NCBI GenBank assembly: GCA_945870025.1
Contig: CAMBQN010000013.1
Span: 5,825-69,824 of the forward strand
Origin: Akkermansia muciniphila
Lineage (GTDB): Bacteria; Verrucomicrobiota; Kiritimatiellia; RFP12; JAAYNR01
Direction: 5' to 3'
Length of the DNA: 64,000 nucleotides
Shown: one piece after another, positions 26,251 to 36,000 of the stretch
Position numbering within the stretch: position 1 is the stretch's first letter
How the letters are laid out: every line of letters begins with the position of its first letter
Made by a program: the position numbers and the translations under genes
Notes under the pieces: model-generated
Seen by the model: only the letters and a program-made list of their open reading frames with translations
The model's database searches: none
Told to the model about the DNA's origin: nothing

Positions 26251-29200
26251 ATGGTTGTTCTTCACGGTTCGTGGCTGGCGGGCGAATGGTTGCTTTGGGG
26301 GGAGGAAACCTCCGAGGTCGGCGGGGGCGTCCGTGGAGACCGCGATCACACCCCGACAGACGGCCCGCGCGTCACGGGTGAACCGGAGCTGTGGGGCTGT
26401 GACCCCGATGCGCTGGCCCGTGCGCTGGCCGCGTTTGAGTCTGGCGGAGCGGCGGAGCGCGCCGTTTCCGACGTCCGGATATGCCTCGCGAGGCTCCCCG
26501 CCAACGACGGCCGCATCGCTGCGTCGCGTCATTGGCTGCGTCGCAACAGCCTGCGGCCGTCGGTGGTGACCCTGCGGCGGGTGTGGGCGCTGCCGCTTCG
26601 AGTGAACGAACTTTTTCTGGTGCTGGGTGCCACAACCGAGGGGCGCCGGCTCGCGCCGGGGGTGATGGCCGGCAATGATGTGGGGGCGTGGAGTGACCTG
26701 TTCCGCATGGCTGGCGCCGTCGTGGCGCGCCGGCAAGTCTTGCCGGGGGTGCGAGCGACAGGCGACGCATCAGAGCCGTGCGAGACCCCAATGGCCGGAG
26801 GCGTCCTGCTCGACACCGGCTACGAATCGCGCTGGGAGCCCGCCTTGGACAGGGCCGAGGTGCGGCGATTCGCGGTGCTCGCGGCAAGCCTGCCGGGTGT
26901 AGCCCTATGCCTCTCGCCCGGAGGCGGGGCGTCTTCGCCGTGCCGCGACGACGACCGTCAGACGGGGGCCGCGGCCTTTTTCGATGAGGCCGTCGACCGG
27001 CTGGTGCGGCTGGCGGCGGTGACGACGCTGTCGCGCGCCCATGCTGAGCGGGGCCGCACGTTCAGCGCGCACGACGCCTGGGGAGCGTCGTTGCGGGGCG
27101 ACACGCGCACGATCCGCTGGGAGAGCCGCGCCGATATCGCGGCGCTCGCCGAAGAGGTCGCACGCTGGCGCCGCCCGGTCGATCTCGAAAGCCGTTCGCC
27201 GCTCCACCTCTGCTTTGAGCTGGAAGATCCGAAGGGTGAGTCCGCCCCGTGGATGTTGCGCTACCGGGTGGAGGGGCTGGGTCCGACGGATGAGGACGGG
27301 CGGGTCGACTGGGAGCAGGCGTGGCACGACAGCCGCGTGGATGTGGCCGGGCGAGAGGGCCTCCTGACGGCGCTCGGCCAGGCGGCGCTGATCGCTCCCA
27401 TCGTGGCCACAGGCGGCGCCGGGGTGAAAGGAGCGATCCTGTCAACAGATCAGGCCCACCGCTTCATGCGCAACGACGCGCCGCTGCTTCAGGCCGCCGG
27501 CTTTGACGTCAGGCTGCCGCTCTGGTGGCAGGGCGACGCCTCTCACTTTCAGGTCATCGCGCGGGTCACGGCGGAAGGCACGCCCGTTGCGGGGTCGTTC
27601 ACCCTGGCATCGCTGGTGGACGTCGACTGGCAAATTGCCATCGGCGGTGAGCCGGTCACGGCCGTGGAGCTGGCTCGTCTCGCCGAGACGGGGCACGCGC
27701 TCGTGCGTTATCGGGACCGCTGGGTCGAGGTCAACCACGGGCAGATCAACGAGGCCCTGAAGCTGTGGAAGAAGCAGATGCGCGAAGCCCGCGCGGCGAA
27801 TGACATCATTCGCATGATGCTCGGCGTCGACGGCGACGTGCACGGTCTGGCGGTCGCCGGTGTCGAGGCGGGGGGCTGGCTGGGCCAGCTCATGCGCCGA
27901 CTCCGGGGCGAGACCGCGCTGGAACCGCTTCCGCCTCCGGCCGGGTTCTGCGGCACGTTGCGCCCCTACCAGGAGCGCGGCTACGCCTGGCTGGCGTTTT
28001 TGCGGCAATGGGGCCTGGGCGCGTGTCTGGCGGACGACATGGGGCTGGGCAAGACGATCCAGGCGCTGGCGTTGATCGCGCGGGAGCGGGAACAGGGCGA
28101 GCGCCGGCCGGTGCTGCTGGTGTGCCCGACCTCTGTGCTCACCAACTGGGCGCGCGAGGCCGCCCGCTTCGTCCCCGCCGTGCCGGTGCATGTCCACCAC
28201 GGCGCGGGCCGCAGCGTGTCCGGCACGTTCGTCGAAGAGGCGGCGGCGGCGGGGATCGTCGTCACCAGTTACAATCTCCTGTACCGCGACTATGCGAGCA
28301 TCCGGCAGGTCGCCTGGGCCGGGCTCATTCTCGATGAAGCGCAGAACATCAAGAACCCCGACACGCGCCAGGCGCAGGCCGCGCGCGCGCTGCAGGCCGA
28401 TTACCGGATCGCGTTGACCGGAACGCCGGTGGAAAACCAGGTCGGCGACTTGTGGTCGATCATGGATTTTCTCAATCCCGGACTCCTCGGGGCGCGCACG
28501 GCATTTCGCGAAACGTTCGCCCTGCCGATCAAGACCGGGATTGATCTGACGGCGCGTGACCGCTTGCGGCAGACGACCGCGCCATTTGTTCTGCGGCGGC
28601 TCAAGACCGACCGCGACATCATTCGCGATCTGCCCGAAAAACGCGAGGCTTCGGTCTACTGCACGCTGACGCGCGAGCAGGCATCCCTCTATCAGGGGGT
28701 GCTGGACGAACTCGGCGCTTCGCTGAAGAACGGCGCCGCCGGGATCGGCCGTCGCGGCTTGGTGCTGGCCTCGATCACCCGCCTGAAACAGGTGTGCAAC
28801 CACCCCGCCCACTTTCTGGGCGAGGACGGCGAGCTGGGGGGGCGTTCGGGCAAGCTCGACCGGTTGCGCGAGATGGTGGAAGAGGTCGTTGCGGCGGGGG
28901 AGGGGGCGCTGGTCTTCACCCAGTATGCGGCCATGGGGAAGCTGTTGCAGCGTCACCTGCAGCAGGAGTTCGGCTGCTTTGTCCCCTTTTTGCACGGCGG
29001 CACGCCGCGCGCGGAGCGCGACGCGCAGGTGGCGGCGTTCCAGGCCCATGCGGGAGCCGCCGTCTTCGTCCTCTCGCTCAAGGCGGGCGGCACCGGAATC
29101 AATCTGACGCGCGCCAACCATGTGTTTCATTTTGACCGCTGGTGGAATCCGGCAGTTGAGAACCAGGCGACCGACCGCGCGTTTCGGATCGGTCAGACCC

Positions 29201-29394
29201 GCGACGTGATGGTGCACAAGTTTGTGTGCGGCGGCACGCTGGAAGATCGGATCGAGGCGATGATCCGGGAGAAGTCGGCGCTGGCCGACGATCTGGTCGC
29301 GAGCGGCGAGTCGTGGCTGACGGAACTGAACGACACCGACCTGCGCGATGCGCTCGCGCTCGCGCAGGACGCCGTGGGGGAGTGGACGCCATGA
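26251..29394 (+). CDS. SNF2-family helicase with N-terminal SNF2-helicase-associated domain
   Basis: 'MVVLHGSW...LLWGE' is the N-terminus typical of the helicase-associated domain. Also 'DDMGLGKTIQ', 'LILDEAQNIKN', 'LTGTPVENQVGDLWSIMDFLNPG' and 'GGTGINLTRANHVFHFDRWWNPAVENQATDRAFRIGQ'. Confidence 0.9.
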   Translation: MVVLHGSWLAGEWLLWGEETSEVGGGVRGDRDHTPTDGPRVTGEPELWGCDPDALARALAAFESGGAAERAVSDVRICLARLPANDGRIAASRHWLRRNSLRPSVVTLRRVWALPLRVNELFLVLGATTEGRRLAPGVMAGNDVGAWSDLFRMAGAVVARRQVLPGVRATGDASEPCETPMAGGVLLDTGYESRWEPALDRAEVRRFAVLAASLPGVALCLSPGGGASSPCRDDDRQTGAAAFFDEAVDRLVRLAAVTTLSRAHAERGRTFSAHDAWGASLRGDTRTIRWESRADIAALAEEVARWRRPVDLESRSPLHLCFELEDPKGESAPWMLRYRVEGLGPTDEDGRVDWEQAWHDSRVDVAGREGLLTALGQAALIAPIVATGGAGVKGAILSTDQAHRFMRNDAPLLQAAGFDVRLPLWWQGDASHFQVIARVTAEGTPVAGSFTLASLVDVDWQIAIGGEPVTAVELARLAETGHALVRYRDRWVEVNHGQINEALKLWKKQMREARAANDIIRMMLGVDGDVHGLAVAGVEAGGWLGQLMRRLRGETALEPLPPPAGFCGTLRPYQERGYAWLAFLRQWGLGACLADDMGLGKTIQALALIAREREQGERRPVLLVCPTSVLTNWAREAARFVPAVPVHVHHGAGRSVSGTFVEEAAAAGIVVTSYNLLYRDYASIRQVAWAGLILDEAQNIKNPDTRQAQAARALQADYRIALTGTPVENQVGDLWSIMDFLNPGLLGARTAFRETFALPIKTGIDLTARDRLRQTTAPFVLRRLKTDRDIIRDLPEKREASVYCTLTREQASLYQGVLDELGASLKNGAAGIGRRGLVLASITRLKQVCNHPAHFLGEDGELGGRSGKLDRLREMVEEVVAAGEGALVFTQYAAMGKLLQRHLQQEFGCFVPFLHGGTPRAERDAQVAAFQAHAGAAVFVLSLKAGGTGINLTRANHVFHFDRWWNPAVENQATDRAFRIGQTRDVMVHKFVCGGTLEDRIEAMIREKSALADDLVASGESWLTELNDTDLRDALALAQDAVGEWTP

Positions 29395-30326
29395 GCAAAA
29401 GGAAAAAGCACGAGCCGCGTGTGCCGTTGCCGGTGCGAGGGGGAATCCGCGCGCAAGGGACGCGGAGCAGCCAGAGCCGTTCGTGGTGGGGGCGGCGCTG
29501 GATGCTGATGTTGGAGGGATTGCGGCTGGGCGCGCGGCTGGGGCGGGGCCGCCAGTATGCGGTGGCGGGGCAGATCGCTGCGCTGACCCTTGGCGAGGGC
29601 GCTGTCAGTGCGGTGGTGCAGGGCGGTGCCCCGGAACCGTACCGGGTGACCTTCACGTTCCGAACGCTGGCCGATGGCGTTCGCCGTGACCTCACGGCCG
29701 TGCTTGGCGCACACCCCGCCTGGCTCGGTCGTCTTCTGGTCAACGATCTGCCCGTCGAAGTGGAGGCGCTCTTTCGCGACGCGGGGGTTCCCTTGTTTCC
29801 TGAGCGGCGCGGTGATTGGGCCTGCACCTGCACCTGTCCCGACTGGGCGAAGCCGTGCAAGCACGCGGCGGCCGTGCTCTATTTGCTGGGCGAGGCGGTC
29901 GAACGTGAGCCTATGCTCCTGCTGGATTTGCGCGGCATCAACCGCGGAGATCTGATCCCCGCCGTCGGCGATCGTCCCGGCGGCGCCGGGATCCCGCCGC
30001 CGCCGCCGGTTCGCGCACCTGCGCCACCTGCGGAAGCCGCCGCATTCTGGGGCGACCGCTGGACGCCAGCCGAAACCTTCGGCCCACCGCCGGGTCGGAC
30101 GGTGGCGGCGCCGCTGCTCACGCGCCTCGGCCCGCTGCCGTTCTGGCGCGGCCAGGAGCGGTTCCGCGAGATGGTTGAACAGGTCTACGGACGGGCGGCA
30201 CCGGTCGCCATGCAGATTTGGGGCGGCGAGAGCCCCGACGCCGTCTTGCGCGCCAAGCCGGCAGGGCCACCTGAGGGTTTCGTGTTGCGCAAGCACCGCA
30301 TGCAAATTGATCGGACGCGACTTTGA
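29391..30326 (+). CDS. SWIM zinc-finger protein
   Basis: ATGA overlap with the SNF2 stop, and SWIM motif 'CTCTCPDWAKPCKHAAAVLYLL'. Confidence 0.8.
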   Translation: MSKRKKHEPRVPLPVRGGIRAQGTRSSQSRSWWGRRWMLMLEGLRLGARLGRGRQYAVAGQIAALTLGEGAVSAVVQGGAPEPYRVTFTFRTLADGVRRDLTAVLGAHPAWLGRLLVNDLPVEVEALFRDAGVPLFPERRGDWACTCTCPDWAKPCKHAAAVLYLLGEAVEREPMLLLDLRGINRGDLIPAVGDRPGGAGIPPPPPVRAPAPPAEAAAFWGDRWTPAETFGPPPGRTVAAPLLTRLGPLPFWRGQERFREMVEQVYGRAAPVAMQIWGGESPDAVLRAKPAGPPEGFVLRKHRMQIDRTRL

Positions 30327-30359
30327 GTGTTTGACGCCATCCCCTATTCTCCGTATTAT
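30321..30359 (+). promoter_or_regulatory. Promoter candidates upstream of grpE (sigma70-like, overlapping a sigma32-like -10)
   Basis: TTGACG (30331-36), 17 nt, then TATTAT (30354-59). Also CTTTGAG (30321-27), 13 nt, then CCCCTATT, which resembles the heat-shock consensus CTTGAAA/CCCCATNT. Confidence 0.35.
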
Positions 30360-30397
30360 ATCTGTTTGTTTTGACGCTTAGGAGACTCCGGTTAACC

Positions 30398-31057
30398 ATG
30401 TTTTCATCGAAGAAAAAGAATGCGGGACACGAACCGATGGCGATTCATGAAGATGAAGTCCCCGAGGCCGAGGCGGCTCCTGTGACCGACGGGCAGCCGG
30501 CGCCTGCGGCTGCGACCGATCCGGCCGTTGAACCAGCGGTTGCGGAGGAGTCCGCACCGTCGCCCAACCCGCTCGCCGCCGATCTGGCGACAGCCAAAGA
30601 TCGCTATGCCCGACTGATGGCCGATTTTGACAATTTCAGAAAACGTCAGGTGCGCGAGCGCGAGGAGATCGTCAAGCGCGCCAACGAGGCGCTGATCCTC
30701 GAACTCCTCCACCCGATCGACCATCTCGACTTTGCGTTGACCTCAGCCACCAACCCCGCTGATCCCTTTGTCACCGGCGTGCGCATGGTTGCCGACCAGA
30801 TTCACGCCGCGCTAGCCAAGTTTGACGCCAAGCCCGAGGACGCGGTCGGCCAGCCGTTCGATCCCGGCCGGCACGAAGCGCTGAATGAGACGCCCTCCGA
30901 TGTGGTTCCGGCCGGACATGTCTCCCTTCAGCTCCGCAAGGGCTGGAGCCTCGCGGGCCGATTCATCCGGCCGGCGCAAGTGATGATCTCGTCCGGACCG
31001 GCAACCCCGCCCTCCGCCCCGGCCGGCGAGCCAACCGCCGGCGGAACACCGAACTGA
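30398..31057 (+). CDS. grpE: Nucleotide exchange factor GrpE
   Basis: 'KDRYARLMADFDNFRKRQVRERE', 'FDPGRHEAL', with a GGAG RBS before ATG 30398. Confidence 0.9.
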   Translation: MFSSKKKNAGHEPMAIHEDEVPEAEAAPVTDGQPAPAAATDPAVEPAVAEESAPSPNPLAADLATAKDRYARLMADFDNFRKRQVREREEIVKRANEALILELLHPIDHLDFALTSATNPADPFVTGVRMVADQIHAALAKFDAKPEDAVGQPFDPGRHEALNETPSDVVPAGHVSLQLRKGWSLAGRFIRPAQVMISSGPATPPSAPAGEPTAGGTPN

Positions 31058-31081
31058 ACCCTGAATACCGGATACTGAACC

Positions 31082-32263
31082 ATGGCTGCAAAACGTGATT
31101 ATTACGAGGTGCTGGGGATCGGCAAGACCGCTTCGGCCGACGAGATCAAGAAGGCCTATCGCAAGCAGGCCATGCAATACCACCCCGACCGCAACCCGAA
31201 CAACAAAGAGGCAGAGGTCAAGTTCCGAGAGGTCTCCGAGTCCTACGAAGTGCTGAGCGATGAGAAGAAGCGGCGTCAGTACGACCAGTTCGGCCATGAG
31301 GGGATGAAGTCGACATTCGGACCCGGCGGCTTTGACTTCGGCCGCGACTTTACGCACATGTCGGATGTTGAGGACATCCTGGGCAATTTGTTCGGCGGCG
31401 GCGAGGGCGCGTTCGGCAACATGTTTGGCGGCCGTGGTGCCCGGCGTTCGCGCACCGAGGAGGAACGGGGCAACGACCTCCGGTTTGATCTCGAAATTGA
31501 CCTCGAGGAGTCGGCGTTCGGTTCCGAACGCGAGATCGACATCCCGGTGAATGACGGCTGCGACCTGTGTCACGGTACCGGTGCGGCGGCCGGCGCCAAG
31601 CGCGAAGCCTGTCGCCAGTGCGGCGGTCACGGCTTCGTCGTCGCCGGCGGAGGCTTCTTCCAGATCCGGCAGCCCTGTCCCGTGTGCCACGGCGAAGGGA
31701 CGATGATCCGCCAACCCTGCACGAAGTGCGGCGGATCAGGCCGCATGAAGGCGCGCCGTAAGCTGACCCTGCGCATTCCGCGGGGCGTCGAGACCGGCTC
31801 GCGGCTCCGGCTCCCCGGCAAGGGAGAGGGGGGGCTTCGCGGCGGCGGCCCGGGCGACCTCTACGTTGTGCTTCACGTGCGCGACCACGCTTTGTTTGAC
31901 CGGCAGGGCGATGATCTCACCTGCACCGTGCCGGTTTCGCCGGCCGATGCCGCCCTCGGCGGCACGGTCAAAGTTCCGACGCCGGAAGGTTTCGCCGAAA
32001 TCCGCCTCCCGCCCGGAACGCCCAACGGTAAGGTGTTCCGCCTGCGCGACAAGGGCATTCCCAGCGTCGAAGGCCGTGGCACCGGCGATCTGAACGTGCG
32101 CATCGTGATCGAGGTTCCGGTCCATCTCTCGTCCAAACAGCGCAAGCTGCTCGAGGAGTTCCGTGATTCCTGTGAGGCTTCCATCTTTCCCGACGCCGAA
32201 CGGATGAAGAAAGCGGCCGAGACCTTCTTCGCCAACCGTGATGCGCTGCGTCAGAAGCATTAG
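31082..32263 (+). CDS. dnaJ: Molecular chaperone DnaJ
   Basis: J-domain 'DYYEVLGI...YHPDRNP', a G/F region, and four CxxCxGxG zinc motifs. Confidence 0.95.
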   Translation: MAAKRDYYEVLGIGKTASADEIKKAYRKQAMQYHPDRNPNNKEAEVKFREVSESYEVLSDEKKRRQYDQFGHEGMKSTFGPGGFDFGRDFTHMSDVEDILGNLFGGGEGAFGNMFGGRGARRSRTEEERGNDLRFDLEIDLEESAFGSEREIDIPVNDGCDLCHGTGAAAGAKREACRQCGGHGFVVAGGGFFQIRQPCPVCHGEGTMIRQPCTKCGGSGRMKARRKLTLRIPRGVETGSRLRLPGKGEGGLRGGGPGDLYVVLHVRDHALFDRQGDDLTCTVPVSPADAALGGTVKVPTPEGFAEIRLPPGTPNGKVFRLRDKGIPSVEGRGTGDLNVRIVIEVPVHLSSKQRKLLEEFRDSCEASIFPDAERMKKAAETFFANRDALRQKH

Positions 32264-32998
32264 CTACAGCCAGCGGCTGCCGATGACGCACAAGCCGTAG
32301 AGCGCGGCCGTTTCGGCGCGCAGCACCAAGCCGCCCAGCGCGACCGGAATCGCGCCGGCGGCGATCAGCCGATCCAGTTCGTCGGGGGTGAAATCGCCCT
32401 CGGGGCCGACGAACCATCCGGCCTGCGCGGGCCGCTCCGGAAAAGCCGCCAGCGCTTCTCGCAACAGAGGGGTGTTGGGGCGCAACGCCCCGACCAGCAC
32501 CGGAGAGGCTTCGGCGACGAGCGCCGCGCTGGCGTCACACGTCAGCGGTGCCTCGATTCGCGGCACCCACGCCGCGCCACATTGCCGGGCTGCCTCGCGT
32601 GCGACCCGTTCCCACCGCATCCGCTTCTCGAGGCCTTCCTGCGCGTCGAGCCGCACCACCGTTCGGGCGGAAAGAACCGGCACGATCCGGGACGCCCCGG
32701 TCTCGACCGCCTTCTCCACGGTCCAGTCCATCCGGTTTCCCTTGCTGATGCAGACGAAGAGCGTGATGGCGCAGGCGGGCCGCGGACGCGCCACGGGCAC
32801 CCCCGCGGGTTCAAGCCCCACCTCATTCTTGGAGACACGGGCCACGCGCAACGGGCGGATTATCCCCGCGCCGTCAAATCCCTCGACTGCGTCGCCCGGC
32901 GTCACGCGCAGCACCCGGATCAAGTGGTGCGACTCGTCCCGATCCAGCACGCACCCGTCCGCAAGGAGCCGTGGGGTATCGATGAATTGTCGGAGCAT
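32264..32998 (-). CDS. rsmE: 16S rRNA (uracil1498-N3)-methyltransferase RsmE
   Basis: PUA-like N-terminus 'HHLIRVLRVTPGD' and SPOUT C-terminus 'GPEGDFTPDEL...LGGLVLRAETAAL'. Confidence 0.85.
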   Translation of the reverse strand: MLRQFIDTPRLLADGCVLDRDESHHLIRVLRVTPGDAVEGFDGAGIIRPLRVARVSKNEVGLEPAGVPVARPRPACAITLFVCISKGNRMDWTVEKAVETGASRIVPVLSARTVVRLDAQEGLEKRMRWERVAREAARQCGAAWVPRIEAPLTCDASAALVAEASPVLVGALRPNTPLLREALAAFPERPAQAGWFVGPEGDFTPDELDRLIAAGAIPVALGGLVLRAETAALYGLCVIGSRWL

Positions 32999-33021
32999 GG
33001 CGGCAGGGACTCCAGAGAAAA

Positions 33022-33068
33022 GCTGAAAAGCTGAAATGCTGAAATACTGAAACGCTGAAAGATGAAAA
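33022..33068. repeat. Tandem octamer array (G)CTGAAA(N) x ~6
   Basis: gctgaaaa gctgaaat gctgaaata ctgaaac gctgaaa gatgaaaa, in the 75-bp gap between the DUF2723 gene stop and the rsmE start. Confidence 0.8.
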
Positions 33069-33073
33069 CGGAA

Positions 33074-36000
33074 CTATCTCGGCAGATCGGGCAACCCCAG
33101 GGCGCCGGCGCCTCGGCCTTGCTGAGCAAGCTTCTCCACCAGCGGCCTCAGCCCCGGTATCTGATAAGCCGTCTGCATCGCTTGTGCCCGACCGAATTTC
33201 TGGGCGCGCCGCAAGGCGTCGAGCGCCTCCCTCTCCATGCGCATCTTCTGGTACGCCACAGCCAGTGTGATGCAGACGCGCCACTCATTCGGTTGCGCAT
33301 GCAGATAGCGCGTCAAAGGCACGATCATTTTTTCCGTGTGTCCGCAGATGTCGTAGGCACGGGCGATTTGGACGTATCCGTCCAGCGGGAACTCCTTGGG
33401 CAGCGGTTGCGCCATCAGGCGATCGAGCAAGCGTTCCGCGGCGTCGGCTTTCCGTCCCTCGGCAAGCTGGATGCCGACGTCCATCATGACTTTCCAAGGC
33501 AGCCCTTCCAGTCCCGCGAGATGCTCGAGCACCCGCGCTGATTGTTCGATATTGCCGAGGTCGCGGTAGCACTGGGCGATCTCCAGGGTGTTTGTCAGCG
33601 GCATTGCCCCGCCTTGCTGGGCCTCGGTTAGCAGCACGCGCAACCGCCGTTCCGTCTTGTCATAGTGGGCAATCGTGTTGCGGAACGCATTGGCCGAGGC
33701 GTTGTTGGGATCGAGACGCACCAAGGAGCCGATTACGTCCAGCGCTTCCGCCGTGCGGCCCTGCCGCAGCAGAACATCCTGAGCCAGCTTGAAGTTGGCC
33801 TCTGGGCTGGGCGGATAGAGGATGCGCGCCTCCTGAAGCGCCTGCTCGGATTCGCGTGTCCGGCCATGCGCCGCGTAGAGGCCGCCGATCGAGCCGCGCA
33901 ATTTGGAGAATGACTTTTGGGCGACCACGTCGCGGCGGAACCGATCGTCGCGGGTGAGGCGGCGCCAATACCAGTCCCAGAAGTCCAGATCGGCGGTGAC
34001 GACATCCGCAGACAGCGACGCCTTCTCGTTGTTGAGCTTCATGATCAGACCATGCGGTGTGAAGTAAGGGTACATCCACGGGATGGGATAGCTCTCTTCG
34101 ACGTAGAATGCATGGCGAAAATTGTTGTTCCGCCAGATCATCTCGCACAGGATGCCGTTGATTTCCATCACGCCCAGCGCGCCGCTCACCTGTACGCGGC
34201 CGTTTTCCACGACCAGCTCGGCATTGCGTGGCCGCTTGCCTGCGTTGACCTCATCCACGTAGATTCTGAACGACTGCGCGCTGTCATCCGTGGTCGGTAT
34301 CCAGATTTGATCGGCATACAGGGAGCGCATCGTGGCCATGTAGGTGTTGTCGGCCAGCGCATTCTGGGTGATCAGGAAGACGTCGGGCCGGACCCGTGCC
34401 GAGTAGATCATGTAGGTCGGAACGAACCGCCCGGGATCAGTGCCGCCGAAGAAGACGGCGTCCGGCCCCATCGTGGCCGGGAAGAGCGGGTTGGGAAGCG
34501 GTTCTTCGGTCGCCTCCAGCTCCTCGGTGATGGCCGCCGCGCCGCGCAACTGGTAGTTGCCGAACTGCCAGCCGTAGTCATGGGCGTTTTGCTCCGAGCC
34601 GCCGAATTCGAAGACCAGCCGATCATCAGTGTAATTGCGGTAAACAGGAATAGCCGCCAGCGCCAGCGTCACCGCGACGGCAGCCGTGAGAACCAGCCGT
34701 GATAAAAATCGCCTGCCGGGGCGCAGCGTTGTGTCGGCGGGGTTCGGCGTCCGGTTCCCGGCCAGGACGGAGGACAGCAGCGCGTCGAAGGCCGCCAGAC
34801 CGAACACCAAGCCGTAACCGATCCAGATGGCAAACAGGCCGTGCGACGAGACGAACTTCACCTTCTGGATGAATGCGTCCTGGAGATCCCCCTTCGGATT
34901 GGCCAGCACGATCAACAGCACGCTCATCATTAAAAATGCGGCCACTGTGGCAATGATCCACTGCTGGGTCACTTCGCCCATCGCGCAACGCAATCCCCCT
35001 TTGCGGGCCAGCGCGCGCCGTCCCCAGATCAACACGACCACAAGCGCAACCGCCAGACTAACGAGCAAGCCGCTCCGCAGGACCACCAGCAGCGAAGCTC
35101 CGGCCGCTCCAGACAACAGACGGATCAGGCCAAACCACACGCCAAGCAGCGTCAGGCCGCCGAGCACGCCCAAGGTTAGCTTCTCCGATCGGTTCCCCGA
35201 ACGGAGAATATTCATCACCCGCTCGTCCAACTGCGAGAGCATCAGCACGAGGCCGCCCACCGCTGCGGTCATGAGCACACCGGCCAGCAGCAGCTTGTCA
35301 AAGCGGGTGATGTCGAAGATCCCTTCGATTTGCGGAATACTCGCCAGAATCACAAACGGAATGGAAGCCACAAACAGCCCGATGGCCGCGTGCAGTATCT
35401 TCACCCCCGCCGCAAGGGCGCCCGTGATCGATAGGATCAGCCCGGCCAAGGCCACACCCCGCAGGATGTTGCCGAACGGAATGGCTGTGGCCGGCAGTCC
35501 CGGTAACAGCGAAAGGTGGAGGACTTGGGGCGTCCACGACTGCAGGCTGATGAACCAGATCAGCGCCGCGCCCGCCAGCGCCGTCAGGCAGACAATCCAC
35601 CCCCGTTGGCGTCCCCACGCCGGGCCGCGCATTTGCCAGGCCGCAAACGGTAGGAACCCCAGCGGCGCGAGCAGCAGGGTGAACTGCACCCGCAAGTCGG
35701 TGAAATACGACCCCAACTGCGGCAGAAGCTGGGCTGCAGACGGGGCGATCTTCTCGTACTGGCCGCGGGTGATCGCGTGCTTGAAGCCCTCCCATGTGCG
35801 CGGAAAACCCCAGTTCATCGGTGGGTTGCGCAGATCGGAGACGATCGGCATATAGACGTAAAAAGAGACGCCCAGTTGGGAAAAGAAGAGGGTGAGCGAC
35901 ACGAGCCGGCCGTGCGGCAACAGCAGCCAGGCCAGTGCCAATACGCCGAAGTTCCACCACAGGGGCGCCTGAAACCACCACGTCGTCGGGTGGGTGAGGC

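Noticed and set aside
26251-30326. The SNF2 helicase + SWIM pair as a phage-defence system (DISARM/Zorya-like).
   Set aside because: None of the partner genes of those systems are adjacent (no methyltransferase, PLD nuclease, DUF1998 helicase or MotAB-like proteins). The flanks are housekeeping genes (proA, grpE/dnaJ).
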